In this document: one piece after another, positions 40,750 through 51,210 of the stretch | How the letters are laid out: each line of letters opens with the position of its first letter | Position numbering within the stretch: position 1 is the stretch's first letter | Source: a virus | IMG/VR virus record: IMGVR_UViG_3300020182_000012 | Direction: 5' to 3' (one strand) | Length of the DNA: 64,000 nucleotides | Notes under the pieces: generated by a model | Database searches by the model: none | The model's input: the letters and a program-made list of their open reading frames with translations, nothing else | Told to the model about the DNA's origin: nothing | Position numbers and translations under genes: made by a program

Positions 40750-43557
40750 TTAAAATGGCCCTGCGCCATCGTCGTCTACTGCGTTAGTTGTACTCTTTGG
40801 CAAGTTTAAAGTGAGATTATCAGTTAAATTACTTGCATCTGTGTTAACATTCCTGCTGTAATTTTCAGTAACATCATCAGAATAAGCAGTCGGTCCGTTG
40901 TTGTTATTTGTACGAGGTACACTAACTCCTTGGTTAAATGCTAGATCATCGGCTGTAAATTCTCGCAACGTGCCTTGAATTCTTTGTGTAAATTTACCTG
41001 CTTTAAACATGTTGGTTATAGAATATGCTGCAAATACCAAACGTTCTTCGGCTACGTTTGTGTTGTTGTTGATAGCACCTTGGTCGATATTTTCTTTGTA
41101 TTTTGGTGTTAAGCCTGTTGCCAAATCATAGTCATTTGCTCTGTTAAAACGTACCTCAAACAATACTTCGCTGGCATTAACATTCAGGCTGCCGTCGGGT
41201 TCAAAAGGTGCAAGATTGTCCTCTGTGTAAAACACTTCGCTTTGCGTAATCCAGTCTGGGTCTCCAACAATTTCAAGATCAACTTTTAATACATCGGAGT
41301 CAGCATACAGTCTACCTGCTAATTGTGCAGCCGGCAGTGTTGATTCTCCTGCACCGCCTTGCTGACTTGACTCTGCTCCAACTGAAAACATTTGTTTATT
41401 AGCATATCTTCCGTCGCCGTCAACTGGTGCAGTTAATCCGCTGTTGCCAATTGGTGTTATATAGTTAGTGTTTGCTTCAAATTCAAGATTCAACACTTCT
41501 GTGTTTTCTCCGGTGAACAAATAATTATAGATCTTGTGCGACCCTCTATATGCCGACGGAGGGAAATAAGGAGACTTTGGTGTGTTGATCTGGTATCTGT
41601 TTACTTTGTAAGTAATTTCATATGCGTAATCTTTTCTCAAATTGTCCCAACCAAGTGGTTTACTTTGTTGTGTAATCTTGTACCACATTGTGGTCCCAAC
41701 TGGAGGGTTTGAAATTTCAGCTTTAGTTACTTCGTCAAATACTATGGTTTGTTGCGCAGTAACATACTCGCTGTTTTTCATTACCTGGTCAATCAACTGT
41801 GTAATTTGTGTACCTGCTGTGATACTATATGTTCGCCCTTGGCTATCAAAATTTTGTTTGTTTGCATTTAGTGATATATTTGGATCACTAGTAGTGGTCA
41901 TTGGTGTACGTGCTTTACTTGTTGTTCCTTGCTTTTTCATTTTAGCATCACGAAAAGCTGGAATGTCTTCTAGTACAATTTTGTACACATCTGCAATTTC
42001 CTGGGCACCTTTTTTTACCAGTTCACGTTGATTTTGATTTAATGCATCTGTTAGTCCCTGGGTTATAGTCGGAGATCCACTGCCGGCTTTACGATTGCCG
42101 CTTCCAAACTCTCCGCCGGCTGCACCTCCTGCAAAATCCTCTTCTGCAGCCGCACCTGCCGAAACTTGCATATTACCATTGAACAATGTGCCCACATCAG
42201 GTGCATTAAGTTGGAAGTTAAAAGGTATTGACCCCCTAGACGTACTAAATCCAACTGTTGTTTGGGGTATCATGCATTGTAGCTGATACTCAACAACTTG
42301 TGCAGCAAGTTTATATCTAAGCATGGCTATTTGAAAAGGAATAAACTTTTCTACCAAAGCATTTGGATCACTTGTAAACTCCCTGCCTTGGCCACTGACT
42401 AAGTTTCCATTTTCGTCATAGCCGTAAAATCTTATAACCATAAGATAATTTTGACCATTAATAGTTGCGCCTGGTTCCCCTGTGTGATCCCAAACTGCCT
42501 TGCGCAGTCTTTCTAAGAATGTTATGCCTTGAGGTTCAAGAACATCAAATTCAAGTGTAACAGCATTATGAGGGCTTCCAACTCCTTGGGTACCAACTAA
42601 ACATTTAAGCTCAACGTTTTCTGGATAAAAGTCCAAGTCAAAGAATTTGTTGCGTTCGCCAATTGTGGCACCACCGCTTTGGAACAACAACTGATTTCCC
42701 GGTAATGTTTTTCTATCAGACTGTATCATCCGAGTGTATTCGTCAATGTCCATAAGGTATACTGAAATAGTATAAGTCTGCGAAGCAAGGTTTATAAGTT
42801 GGTTTGGCGTAGGTACAATGGTTTCCAAAAATTCATTAGCAATGGCTGCACGACCTTCGACATTTGTACTAGAGGTGCGTTGATCATACGAGTCGTCGCT
42901 TGCGCTAACCGAATCAGCGGCAGCAATTCTGCCGTCTGGAGTTTGGGTATTAGTAACACTGACTACTTCAGTAGCAGCACCCACTGTGCTGATTGTTCCG
43001 CCATCGTCGGCACCTAGAGCAAATTCTCCGTCGGGTCCGCTCAGTGTTGCTAGCCTTGCATTTGTGGGGCTGTTGTTAACCGAATCGGAAGATACGATTG
43101 TTTCACCATCCAATACCTCAGTTCCAGTTGTTGGGCTACTAACTCTACTATCTTCATTGGCGCCAGCTTGATCACTAGCGACTTGTGATCCTGCACTGTC
43201 TGCTGGTAAATTGTCTATTCGTGCAACTTCGCTTGAGTTAGCGAGAGCTTGCAGTTCAACAGCAAGCAACCTATTAATAAGAGCATTAACTTCTGCTATG
43301 TTTTCGGCTATCCTAAATGTTGTTGCAGATTTGTCAGGATCAGTTGGTGGCATGCCGTCGTTTTGACGTTGCAAATTGTCCAAGGTAAAAATGTAACCGT
43401 TGGCTTTATCAAAGCCAATGCCCCAATCGGCATTGATTTCGTTCCAAGTTGCACCATCATCGACCTCAAATTCTAGGCGTTCAACCCACCCTACCAGATT
43501 ATTGATGTTGAGTTGTACGCTGCGCCTGGCTGTATCTATTTCTGCCGAGGTGGTCAT
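40750..43557 (-). CDS. Baseplate hub-like structural protein (gp27-like position)
   Basis: 935 aa between gp53-like and gp5-like genes; LEIVGDPDWI, GKFTQ.I.G.L C-terminal hub motif. Confidence 0.55.
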   Translation of the reverse strand: MTTSAEIDTARRSVQLNINNLVGWVERLEFEVDDGATWNEINADWGIGFDKANGYIFTLDNLQRQNDGMPPTDPDKSATTFRIAENIAEVNALINRLLAVELQALANSSEVARIDNLPADSAGSQVASDQAGANEDSRVSSPTTGTEVLDGETIVSSDSVNNSPTNARLATLSGPDGEFALGADDGGTISTVGAATEVVSVTNTQTPDGRIAAADSVSASDDSYDQRTSSTNVEGRAAIANEFLETIVPTPNQLINLASQTYTISVYLMDIDEYTRMIQSDRKTLPGNQLLFQSGGATIGERNKFFDLDFYPENVELKCLVGTQGVGSPHNAVTLEFDVLEPQGITFLERLRKAVWDHTGEPGATINGQNYLMVIRFYGYDENGNLVSGQGREFTSDPNALVEKFIPFQIAMLRYKLAAQVVEYQLQCMIPQTTVGFSTSRGSIPFNFQLNAPDVGTLFNGNMQVSAGAAAEEDFAGGAAGGEFGSGNRKAGSGSPTITQGLTDALNQNQRELVKKGAQEIADVYKIVLEDIPAFRDAKMKKQGTTSKARTPMTTTSDPNISLNANKQNFDSQGRTYSITAGTQITQLIDQVMKNSEYVTAQQTIVFDEVTKAEISNPPVGTTMWYKITQQSKPLGWDNLRKDYAYEITYKVNRYQINTPKSPYFPPSAYRGSHKIYNYLFTGENTEVLNLEFEANTNYITPIGNSGLTAPVDGDGRYANKQMFSVGAESSQQGGAGESTLPAAQLAGRLYADSDVLKVDLEIVGDPDWITQSEVFYTEDNLAPFEPDGSLNVNASEVLFEVRFNRANDYDLATGLTPKYKENIDQGAINNNTNVAEERLVFAAYSITNMFKAGKFTQRIQGTLREFTADDLAFNQGVSVPRTNNNNGPTAYSDDVTENYSRNVNTDASNLTDNLTLNLPKSTTNAVDDDGAGPF

Positions 43558-43558
43558 G

Positions 43559-43870
43559 CTAGATTCCTAATACTTGGGACAAAGTTGCTTTTTGTGGTAG
43601 GTATATTGATGTATTGGTTGTAAAGTCCCCCAATGGATCTTGAAGTTGGTTTGGGTTTCTCTGTGCAAACACCCACCAAAGCGCCGCATCACCATACAAG
43701 TCGAATGCTAGCAAGTCTGGGCGAAGATTGTAAGTTTCATTAATAGTCATTAATAAGTCGTCTGCCAATTTAGGAATAGGTCGATTAACCATTACACCAA
43801 GATACGTCTGATTAACCACAGGTGTGTCAAAGTACGGACTGTTACTTGTATATATGTTATCCATTACCAC
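43559..43870 (-). CDS. Baseplate wedge gp53-like/LysM-like protein
   Basis: RPDLLAFDLYGDAALWWVFAQRN...IYLP. Confidence 0.75.
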   Translation of the reverse strand: MVMDNIYTSNSPYFDTPVVNQTYLGVMVNRPIPKLADDLLMTINETYNLRPDLLAFDLYGDAALWWVFAQRNPNQLQDPLGDFTTNTSIYLPQKATLSQVLGI

Positions 43871-45462
43871 ATCCCTTTCTTAATTAAGTTACCGTTTGCA
43901 TATTCCTTGAGACTAAAATCTTGACTAACTTGTCGTCTACTTGCAATTGGAAGTAAGTTAAGAGTCATTGACATCTTAGTTGGTACGTATGTTGCACCTT
44001 TGCTTCCTAATGGCCCGGGTGTTGGTGTAAATGGTTTTGCACCAACTTGGAGCGGCTGTGTTCCACCGCCGAACAATCTTGTAGCTGCCGTGGACAATCT
44101 AGTTAAACTAGAAAAGTTACCATTGGTTGCACTTGTTGCTAGAGGTTTTTGATATTGCAAATTATCTGCGCCTGTTATGTGTCGGCTTCTTGCTCTGATA
44201 TAGTTAACATCAGACGGTAAATTCAAGTTAAACTCTGCTATCACACAAGGAGACTCGTTGAATTGATATTCGCCAAGGCCAGACAAATACAACAATGGCG
44301 GTGGTGAACCACGCTCTGCATCTTGGCCATAAAACATTTTACTAGCACTCTTAAAGAAATGCATAACTGCCAACAAGTATTCAGCTTCAACTGTGTCTTG
44401 TGCAGTGAATTCAGCAGTAACTTGTATAGTCTGAACACTTGATCCTTTGTAGAAATAGTGCATATAGTTGCTGTGCGTTGGTTGATAATTATTGTAATCT
44501 GACCTATATTGTAAATCAATTTGCGGAGTATACGGAAATATAACACCGTCAGTGACTGCCAATGGAGCAAGTATACCCGGGTTGCTTGCTTTGTACAAGT
44601 AGTTTGCCTGAGGTGCAAGTCTTAACTTAACACGCCAATCACCGTCGGCATTTTTAACACCGCTTGCTTCTCGTTGTGCACTAACAGTTTGCTGGTTACG
44701 TGCCTTAATAAGCAATTGGTTAGCATCAATTGCTCTCTCCATTTCTTCCATGTCTGTATAAGGCGCTAGTCCTCGAGCAACACGTTCTTCATTTATTAAC
44801 CTTGCAACTTCCGGATCGCTAAGGTCAGGTACAACTTTATCTCTGAATACTGTTTCCAAGACATCAGCATCTGTTGGTGATACTGTGTAAGGATTGTCTT
44901 GGAAGCCAGGAAGCTGGTTAAGTATTTTTCCAGGATATAATATAGTTTCTTCCGTTAGTGGTGGGCCTAGTCCAAGCTTGTACTTTTCTATTCTTCCTGG
45001 GCCAGCATTATATGCTTGAAGAATTTCTGCAGGCGTGTAGTTTGGATATTCTTTCCTAAGTCCTTCGAGATACTGTCTAGCAAATTCTCTAGCTCTCACC
45101 GGATCGAGAACTTCTCGAATAGTAATAGGCTCAACACCATACCCAGGATCGGCTGCGGTCTCTGGTATAATCTGGTACACACCTAAAGCGCCTGCTGGAG
45201 ACACTGCATTAGGGTTGTTGCCTGATTCAACAACTGCCAACGCATCAAGTAAATCATCTGTTACCCACGAAGTTTGTAAAGATTCTGTGTCAACAAGCTG
45301 ACCATAGCTAGAGTTACGAGCTATAGTACCAGTTGTATCAAGTGTGTAATCACCATCGCTTATTGCTATACCAGCAAGAGTTCTAAGACCATTTTCACTA
45401 AGTCCGGGATATTGCTGTGCTAATTCATTGTATAGATCAGCTAATTTTTGATTGTACGGCAT
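43864..45462 (-). CDS. Lytic transglycosylase (SLT) fused to a tube-initiator-like baseplate domain
   Basis: VESGNNPNAVSPAGALGVYQIIP and AYNAGPG (SLT motifs); C-terminal IFPYTP..PPP.LYL.G.G..PCVI domain. Confidence 0.75.
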   Translation of the reverse strand: MPYNQKLADLYNELAQQYPGLSENGLRTLAGIAISDGDYTLDTTGTIARNSSYGQLVDTESLQTSWVTDDLLDALAVVESGNNPNAVSPAGALGVYQIIPETAADPGYGVEPITIREVLDPVRAREFARQYLEGLRKEYPNYTPAEILQAYNAGPGRIEKYKLGLGPPLTEETILYPGKILNQLPGFQDNPYTVSPTDADVLETVFRDKVVPDLSDPEVARLINEERVARGLAPYTDMEEMERAIDANQLLIKARNQQTVSAQREASGVKNADGDWRVKLRLAPQANYLYKASNPGILAPLAVTDGVIFPYTPQIDLQYRSDYNNYQPTHSNYMHYFYKGSSVQTIQVTAEFTAQDTVEAEYLLAVMHFFKSASKMFYGQDAERGSPPPLLYLSGLGEYQFNESPCVIAEFNLNLPSDVNYIRARSRHITGADNLQYQKPLATSATNGNFSSLTRLSTAATRLFGGGTQPLQVGAKPFTPTPGPLGSKGATYVPTKMSMTLNLLPIASRRQVSQDFSLKEYANGNLIKKGMW

Positions 45463-45478
45463 GTTGACTCCTATGCAT

Positions 45479-45486
45479 TATTTATG
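45479..45486 (-). promoter_or_regulatory. Late promoter-like box CATAAATA driving the baseplate operon
   Basis: Upstream of the AGGAG RBS and ATG at 45462. Confidence 0.7.
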
Positions 45487-45512
45487 GCGATCAAAAACGG
45501 CTAACTTAATGA

Positions 45513-45541
45513 TTGACAGCCCCCTCTACATCGTTTATACT
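45513..45541 (+). promoter_or_regulatory. Sigma70-type promoter for gp55
   Basis: TTGACA - 17 nt - TATACT, followed by GGAGA RBS. Confidence 0.8.
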
Positions 45542-45564
45542 AAGTACAATTATGGAGAACTTAA

Positions 45565-46479
45565 ATGGCATTAGCTAAAAAAACACCTGTTAAAAAACCT
45601 AAAAAAGTTAACTACCTCAACAACCGAGATATTCTCAAAGAAATTTACAAAAGTAAAAGCACATATTGTTCATACCTAGAGCCGGGTCAAGCTCAGTATG
45701 ACATTATTTTGCCCAGTGTGGACAAAATCAATCAGCGCACTGTTGCAGAAGCACGGCGTAACAAAGCCGATCGCATCAAACGAGAAACAGGCGAAATAGT
45801 TGATCCAACAAAACTCAGCAACCAAGAGCTTGTATTTCGCATTACCACTTGGGATCACATTCCAATGGTGCCAAAAAAGCTAACCAAAGCACAAGAAAAG
45901 AAGAAATCCAAACTAGAAGAAATTCTAGAAATGGATGATGTTGATTATTCCGACGATGGACTACAAGAGCTTATGACCGAAGTAGAACAAGATCTCAACT
46001 ATATAAAGTTGAATTTTCCACCATTTTGGCATTACATGATCGACGACAACAAAGTTCCGTATGTTGTGGGTAAAAGTCACTGGGTCGGCGGACTAGACAA
46101 TGGTCACTTCTCAAAAGATCACGGTAAAATGACAGACAAATTAGCACACATGTTTATCAAGTTGTGCGAACGCTATGCTACACGTTCAAATTGGCGTGGG
46201 TATACTTACAACGAAGAAATGCGTGGCCAGGCATTGTTGCAACTCAGCCAAATTGGTTTACAATTTGATGAAAGCAAATCGCAAAATCCGTTTGCATACT
46301 ATACCGCTGCTATTACCAACAGTTTTACTAGGGTACTAAACATTGAAAAGAAAAATCAAAACATTCGTGATGATATTCTAGAAAATGCAGGCTTGAATCC
46401 GAGTTGGACACGACAGTTTAACAACTCAGCAGAATCAAAACGTTTTATTGCAGAAACTAAAGCAACCAAAACCAAATAA
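45565..46479 (+). CDS. gp55: Late-transcription sigma factor, gp55-like
   Basis: YLNNRD; RYATRSNWRGYTYNEEM; FDESKSQNPFAYYT..ITNSF.R.LNIEKK. Confidence 0.88.
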   Translation: MALAKKTPVKKPKKVNYLNNRDILKEIYKSKSTYCSYLEPGQAQYDIILPSVDKINQRTVAEARRNKADRIKRETGEIVDPTKLSNQELVFRITTWDHIPMVPKKLTKAQEKKKSKLEEILEMDDVDYSDDGLQELMTEVEQDLNYIKLNFPPFWHYMIDDNKVPYVVGKSHWVGGLDNGHFSKDHGKMTDKLAHMFIKLCERYATRSNWRGYTYNEEMRGQALLQLSQIGLQFDESKSQNPFAYYTAAITNSFTRVLNIEKKNQNIRDDILENAGLNPSWTRQFNNSAESKRFIAETKATKTK

Positions 46480-46489
46480 GGACTTATAC

Positions 46490-47503
46490 ATGAGTTTGTT
46501 CAAAAAGGCCTTGGTCTTTACTGACATCCACTTTGGCATGAAAAGTAACAGTGCTCTTCACAATCAAGATTGTGAGGAGTTTGTTGAGTGGGCAGTAGAA
46601 CAGGGCAAATTGCACGGTTGCGAAACTTGCATCTTTATGGGAGATTGGCATCACCATAGAGCAAGTTTGAGTTTGCAAACAATGCATCATAGTTTGAGAG
46701 CATTGGAAAAGCTAAGTTCAGGTTTCGACAACACACATTTTATCACGGGCAATCACGATTTGTACTACAGAGACAAGCGTGACATTTACAGTTACGAGTG
46801 GGCACAGCATATTCCAAATGTGCACATTCACAACGAATGGTTTGAACAAGACGATGTTATACTTGTTCCGTGGCTGGTTGGTGATGATTATAAACGTGTT
46901 AAAAATGCCAGTGCCAAGTATATGTTTGGACACTTTGAACTTCCCCACTTTAAGATGAATGCAATGGTAGAAATGCCAGATCATGGTGATATTAACGCAG
47001 AACATTTTACTGGCTACGGAGAAGTTTTCAGTGGGCACTTCCACTTACGGCAAAAGAAGAACAACATCAACTACATTGGTAATGCGTTTCCGCATAACTT
47101 CTCTGATGCCGGTGACGATCAGCGCGGAGTGATGATACTAGATTGGGATGGTACTAAGGAATACATCTCTTGGCCCAATCAGCCTTTGTACAGTGTTATG
47201 AATCTTAGCGATGTAATCGACTTTGCCGACGAACGACTCAAACCAAGAATGCATGTTCGTGTTAACTTGGATATTGAAATTTCTTACGAAGAAGCAAACT
47301 ACATCAAAGAGCAATACATCACCAAGTACCAATTGCGAGAGATGGCATTGATTCCCAACAAGCAAAGTGCACTAGAAGAAGAAATGAATCCTGGTGATAT
47401 TAAGTTCGAAAGTGTTGATCAGATTATCACTGAACAGATTATTGCAATTGACAGTGAGTTTTACGACAACAAATTATTGCTAGAAATATACAGGAGCTTG
47501 TAG
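46490..47503 (+). CDS. gp47: Recombination nuclease subunit gp47 (Mre11/SbcD-like)
   Basis: DIHFG, GDWHH, GNHD, GHFE, SGHFH metallophosphoesterase motifs; start at 46490 after TAAGGA. Confidence 0.92.
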   Translation: MSLFKKALVFTDIHFGMKSNSALHNQDCEEFVEWAVEQGKLHGCETCIFMGDWHHHRASLSLQTMHHSLRALEKLSSGFDNTHFITGNHDLYYRDKRDIYSYEWAQHIPNVHIHNEWFEQDDVILVPWLVGDDYKRVKNASAKYMFGHFELPHFKMNAMVEMPDHGDINAEHFTGYGEVFSGHFHLRQKKNNINYIGNAFPHNFSDAGDDQRGVMILDWDGTKEYISWPNQPLYSVMNLSDVIDFADERLKPRMHVRVNLDIEISYEEANYIKEQYITKYQLREMALIPNKQSALEEEMNPGDIKFESVDQIITEQIIAIDSEFYDNKLLLEIYRSL

Positions 47504-49012
47504 ATGCATTTTAAAGTATTTGAAAAGCAATATCTTTCAAATTTTGAAATACTAGATTTGATCGATTTGCACAGTGTCTCAGTGTCGCCAGACTCGGCTT
47601 ATCAGACATTTCAAAAACTATACCAAGCATCATATACCAATAATCAAAGATTGGTTTTTTATAGCCAGTATACCATACCCGAAAGTTTGCTTACACACCT
47701 GTACAATGCTGCATTTGACATTGATATTAGTAATTTTTTTATAATAATTGCATGCCCAGATGCTGACAGCATTATTGCAAAAACTGGACAAGTCACTACT
47801 ACAGATTTATTCACCGGGATTGATGTTACAGTTGACAGTATTAAATTAGAAAATCAGTATACATTAAGCAACACGATATGCCCACAATTATGGGATCATC
47901 TGCGCATTAGTAATAGAGGAGAAGTATCTCCTTGTTGTGTTTACGATGGAAAAATCAGTGACTATGACAGAACCAACCAGTCTCTTGAAAGTTTATTTCA
48001 CAGCAACGAAATGAATTCTATTAGAGAAAAAATGCTCAACGGACAGAGACCAAAAGGGTGCGAAAAATGCTGGAACGCTGAAGACGGAAATATCACTAGT
48101 CATCGCATGCGACATTTGTCTTACAAAAAACAAACAATGTTAACCAGGGGGTTAGACAATCCTTTGCTGTCTAGTTTTGACTTTGCCGCCGGAAACACTT
48201 GTAATTTTAAGTGTCGAATATGCAACGTCACTGATAGCAGTTTATATGCAGTTGAGTACGAAAAATTCAAAAATACTCCATCAGGCATGGACTATTATGA
48301 TGTAAATACTCCAACTTATCAATTTAATCATTACTCTCAAGTAATCAACGAATTAAAAACTCTTGTTGCTAAAAATCAAATTGTAAACATTGATTTTTAC
48401 GGAGGAGAACCATTATACAACAAAAATGTTTTGGAATTTATATACTGGGCTGTTGATAATCAATACTCGCAAAATCTTAGACTGCATCTCAATACCAATG
48501 GTAGTATTTTTCCAGAAAAGTTAGAAAACTGCTGGAAACTTTTTAAACATATTGATATACAATTTAGTATAGATAACATTGACGATAGATTTCAACTAGA
48601 AAGAGGTAGTACTTGGCAAACAGTTGACACTAACATTAGACGTTTTATTAATTTAAAATTACCCAATGCAACAATGGGTATAATGCCAGTAATAAGCATT
48701 ATGAATATTCTTTATCTTGATGAAGTTGTTGATTGGGCTAAAAGCTTAGAACTCAATGTTCAGTTTGTTATGCTTACTCAACCAAAAGCATTTTCTGTTG
48801 CAAATCTTACCCTAATGGCTCAACAAATGTGCATTGATAAATGTGTTAATTCTACACACGAATGTGTACAATCACTTGTAAGTTACTTGCAAAACATTAC
48901 GCCCAGCAACGGTACCGAGTTTAGTCAAGCTGTTAAACACTTCGACAAAATTAGAAATCAAGACTTTCGAAAGACACATTATGATATTGCAAAAGCAATG
49001 AATCTATGTTAG
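47504..49012 (+). CDS. Radical SAM protein (Twitch-like domain plus N-terminal extension) between gp47 and gp46
   Basis: CPQLW..SPCC..CEKCW; CNFKCRIC; YGGEP; NTNG. Confidence 0.88.
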   Translation: MHFKVFEKQYLSNFEILDLIDLHSVSVSPDSAYQTFQKLYQASYTNNQRLVFYSQYTIPESLLTHLYNAAFDIDISNFFIIIACPDADSIIAKTGQVTTTDLFTGIDVTVDSIKLENQYTLSNTICPQLWDHLRISNRGEVSPCCVYDGKISDYDRTNQSLESLFHSNEMNSIREKMLNGQRPKGCEKCWNAEDGNITSHRMRHLSYKKQTMLTRGLDNPLLSSFDFAAGNTCNFKCRICNVTDSSLYAVEYEKFKNTPSGMDYYDVNTPTYQFNHYSQVINELKTLVAKNQIVNIDFYGGEPLYNKNVLEFIYWAVDNQYSQNLRLHLNTNGSIFPEKLENCWKLFKHIDIQFSIDNIDDRFQLERGSTWQTVDTNIRRFINLKLPNATMGIMPVISIMNILYLDEVVDWAKSLELNVQFVMLTQPKAFSVANLTLMAQQMCIDKCVNSTHECVQSLVSYLQNITPSNGTEFSQAVKHFDKIRNQDFRKTHYDIAKAMNLC

Positions 49013-49015
49013 TAT
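48987..49015 (+). promoter_or_regulatory. Putative sigma70 promoter for gp46 inside the 3' end of the radical SAM gene
   Basis: TTGCAA - 17 nt - TAGTAT with TG extended -10; predicted +1 near ATG 49022. Confidence 0.45.
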
Positions 49016-49021
49016 AATTAC

Positions 49022-50779
49022 ATGATACAACTTAAAGACCTTACAGTTAAAAACTTTATGAGTGTAGGTAACTCTACACAAGCAATTAACTTTGACAGAC
49101 AAGACCTTACATTGGTACTAGGTGAGAACCTTGACCTTGGCGGCGATGGCAGCAGAAATGGTACTGGTAAAACTACTATCATTAATGCACTTAGCTATGC
49201 ATTATACGGTCAAGCACTTACTAATATCAAACGCAACAATCTAATCAACAAGACTAACAGCAAAGGTATGTTGGTCAGTTTAGACTTTTGCATGGGAGAG
49301 AAGTGCTATCGAATCGAACGTGGCCGTAGTCCCAATGTATTGAAGTTTTATATTAACAACAGCGAACAAGAAGCTGATGACAATGCACAAGGCGATAGCA
49401 GAGAAACTCAGGGTGCTATCAACAAACTTTTGAATATGAGTCACACCATGTTCAAACACTTGGTAGCACTAAACACTTACACCGAACCGTTTTTAAGTCT
49501 CAAAACAAACGATCAACGTGAGATAATCGAGCAACTGCTGGGTATTACATTGCTCAGTGAACGTGCTGATAAAATCAAAGAACTAAGCAAAAACACCAAA
49601 GACTTAATCAAAGAAGAAGAAATGTCAATTCGGGCATTACAAAATGCCAATGAAAAAATTGGCGAGCAAGTTGATGCACTTAAACGCAGACAAACTCTTT
49701 GGTTGAATAAAAACAAAGAAGAAATTGTCAACATTGAACGTGCTATTAGTGATTTAGCACATGTTAATATCGAATCTGAACTCGAAGCACACGAACAGTT
49801 AGTTAACTGGAGAGTGATTGATAACGAGCAATCGCAATTACAAAAAGACATTGCTGCGCTACAGGCACAAGTTAGCCGAGCTGATAGAGATTTCAAAAGA
49901 ACTAAAAAGTCAATTGACAGCATCGAAGATGGTACTTGTAGCGCATGTGGACAAAGTGTTGATCACCTCGAAACACACAAACAACAAATGATTGATGCAA
50001 AAAAAGAACATCAAGATGCAGCCACCTTCCTAACAGAATTAGAGCAAGGCATTGCCACACTGTTAACTGGAAAGAAAGATGTGCCTGCGAAGCCTAAGAC
50101 ATTTTATGATAACTTAACTGATGCACACAATCACAAGTCAACACTAAGCTCTCTTGAAACGCAACTAGAAAACAAGAAGGACGAAACTGATCCTTATGTT
50201 GAGCAAATAGCTGATATGGAAACTTCAGCGTTGCAAGAAATTAGTTACGAAAAAGTAAACGACTTAACACGATTGCAAGAACATCAAGACTTCCTGTTAA
50301 AGTTGCTAACAAACAAAGATAGTTTTGTTAGAAAACGCATTATTGACCAAAACCTTTCTTATCTAAATTCTAGATTAACGCATTACTTAGATCGGATAGG
50401 TTTGCCACACACTGTTATATTTCAAAACGATCTCACAGTAGAGATCCAGGAGCTGGGCAGAGACTTGGACTTTGACAACTTGTCACGTGGTGAGCGCAAC
50501 AGACTTATACTAAGCATGAGTTGGGCGTTTCGTGATGTATGGGAGAGCTTGTATGGCTCAATCAACTTGTTGTTCATTGACGAGCTAGTAGATTCAGGCA
50601 TGGACACATCAGGTGTTGAAGCAAGTTTAGCACTGCTTAAAAAGATGGCTCGCGAACGTAACAAGAGTATCTGGCTTGTTTCGCACAAGGATGAACTTGC
50701 AGGTCGTGTAAATAACTTGCTTAAAGTTGTTAAAGAAAACGGCTTTACAAGTTATAGCAACGATGTGGAAATAATCTGA
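49022..50779 (+). CDS. gp46: Recombination ATPase gp46 (Rad50/SbcC-like)
   Basis: KNFMSVG, Walker A NGTGKTT, CSAC zinc hook, LSRGE signature, LLFIDE Walker B, SH. Confidence 0.93.
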   Translation: MIQLKDLTVKNFMSVGNSTQAINFDRQDLTLVLGENLDLGGDGSRNGTGKTTIINALSYALYGQALTNIKRNNLINKTNSKGMLVSLDFCMGEKCYRIERGRSPNVLKFYINNSEQEADDNAQGDSRETQGAINKLLNMSHTMFKHLVALNTYTEPFLSLKTNDQREIIEQLLGITLLSERADKIKELSKNTKDLIKEEEMSIRALQNANEKIGEQVDALKRRQTLWLNKNKEEIVNIERAISDLAHVNIESELEAHEQLVNWRVIDNEQSQLQKDIAALQAQVSRADRDFKRTKKSIDSIEDGTCSACGQSVDHLETHKQQMIDAKKEHQDAATFLTELEQGIATLLTGKKDVPAKPKTFYDNLTDAHNHKSTLSSLETQLENKKDETDPYVEQIADMETSALQEISYEKVNDLTRLQEHQDFLLKLLTNKDSFVRKRIIDQNLSYLNSRLTHYLDRIGLPHTVIFQNDLTVEIQELGRDLDFDNLSRGERNRLILSMSWAFRDVWESLYGSINLLFIDELVDSGMDTSGVEASLALLKKMARERNKSIWLVSHKDELAGRVNNLLKVVKENGFTSYSNDVEII

Positions 50780-50790
50780 TAAATGTTTAT

Positions 50791-51198
50791 ATGACATGGT
50801 ATTATAAAGACACCGAAGTAGAAGACATTCCGGAGGGCGCAATTGGGTTTGTGTATTTGATTACAAATACAACAAACAACCGAAAGTATATTGGTAAGAA
50901 ACTTGCACAATTTAAACGCAGCCGAAAGCCACTTAAAGGCAAAGTTAATAAACGTAGATACACTGTTGAAAGTGATTGGAAGGACTACTACGGAAGTAGC
51001 GATGCACTGTCAGCTGATGTAGAATTACTAGGCAAAGACAAGTTCAAACGTGAAATAATGTTTTGGTGTAGCAGCAAAAGCGAACTTAGCTACATCGAAG
51101 CTAGAGAACAATTTGCGCACCGGGTACTGGAAAGTAAAGACTGGTACAACGGGCACATACAAGTACGTGTGCACCAAAAAGGCATACTAAAAGAATAA
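50791..51198 (+). CDS. Short GIY-YIG nuclease-domain protein
   Basis: GFVYLITN..NNRKYIGKK, YYGSS, E...Q, YNG; 135 aa with no extra DNA-binding domains. Confidence 0.8.
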   Translation: MTWYYKDTEVEDIPEGAIGFVYLITNTTNNRKYIGKKLAQFKRSRKPLKGKVNKRRYTVESDWKDYYGSSDALSADVELLGKDKFKREIMFWCSSKSELSYIEAREQFAHRVLESKDWYNGHIQVRVHQKGILKE

Positions 51199-51210
51199 AA
51201 TTACACAATA

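Noticed and set aside
50791-51198. GIY-YIG as a classical mobile homing endonuclease
   Set aside because: Only 135 aa, no NUMOD/HTH DNA-binding modules and no intron context, so not called a mobile element
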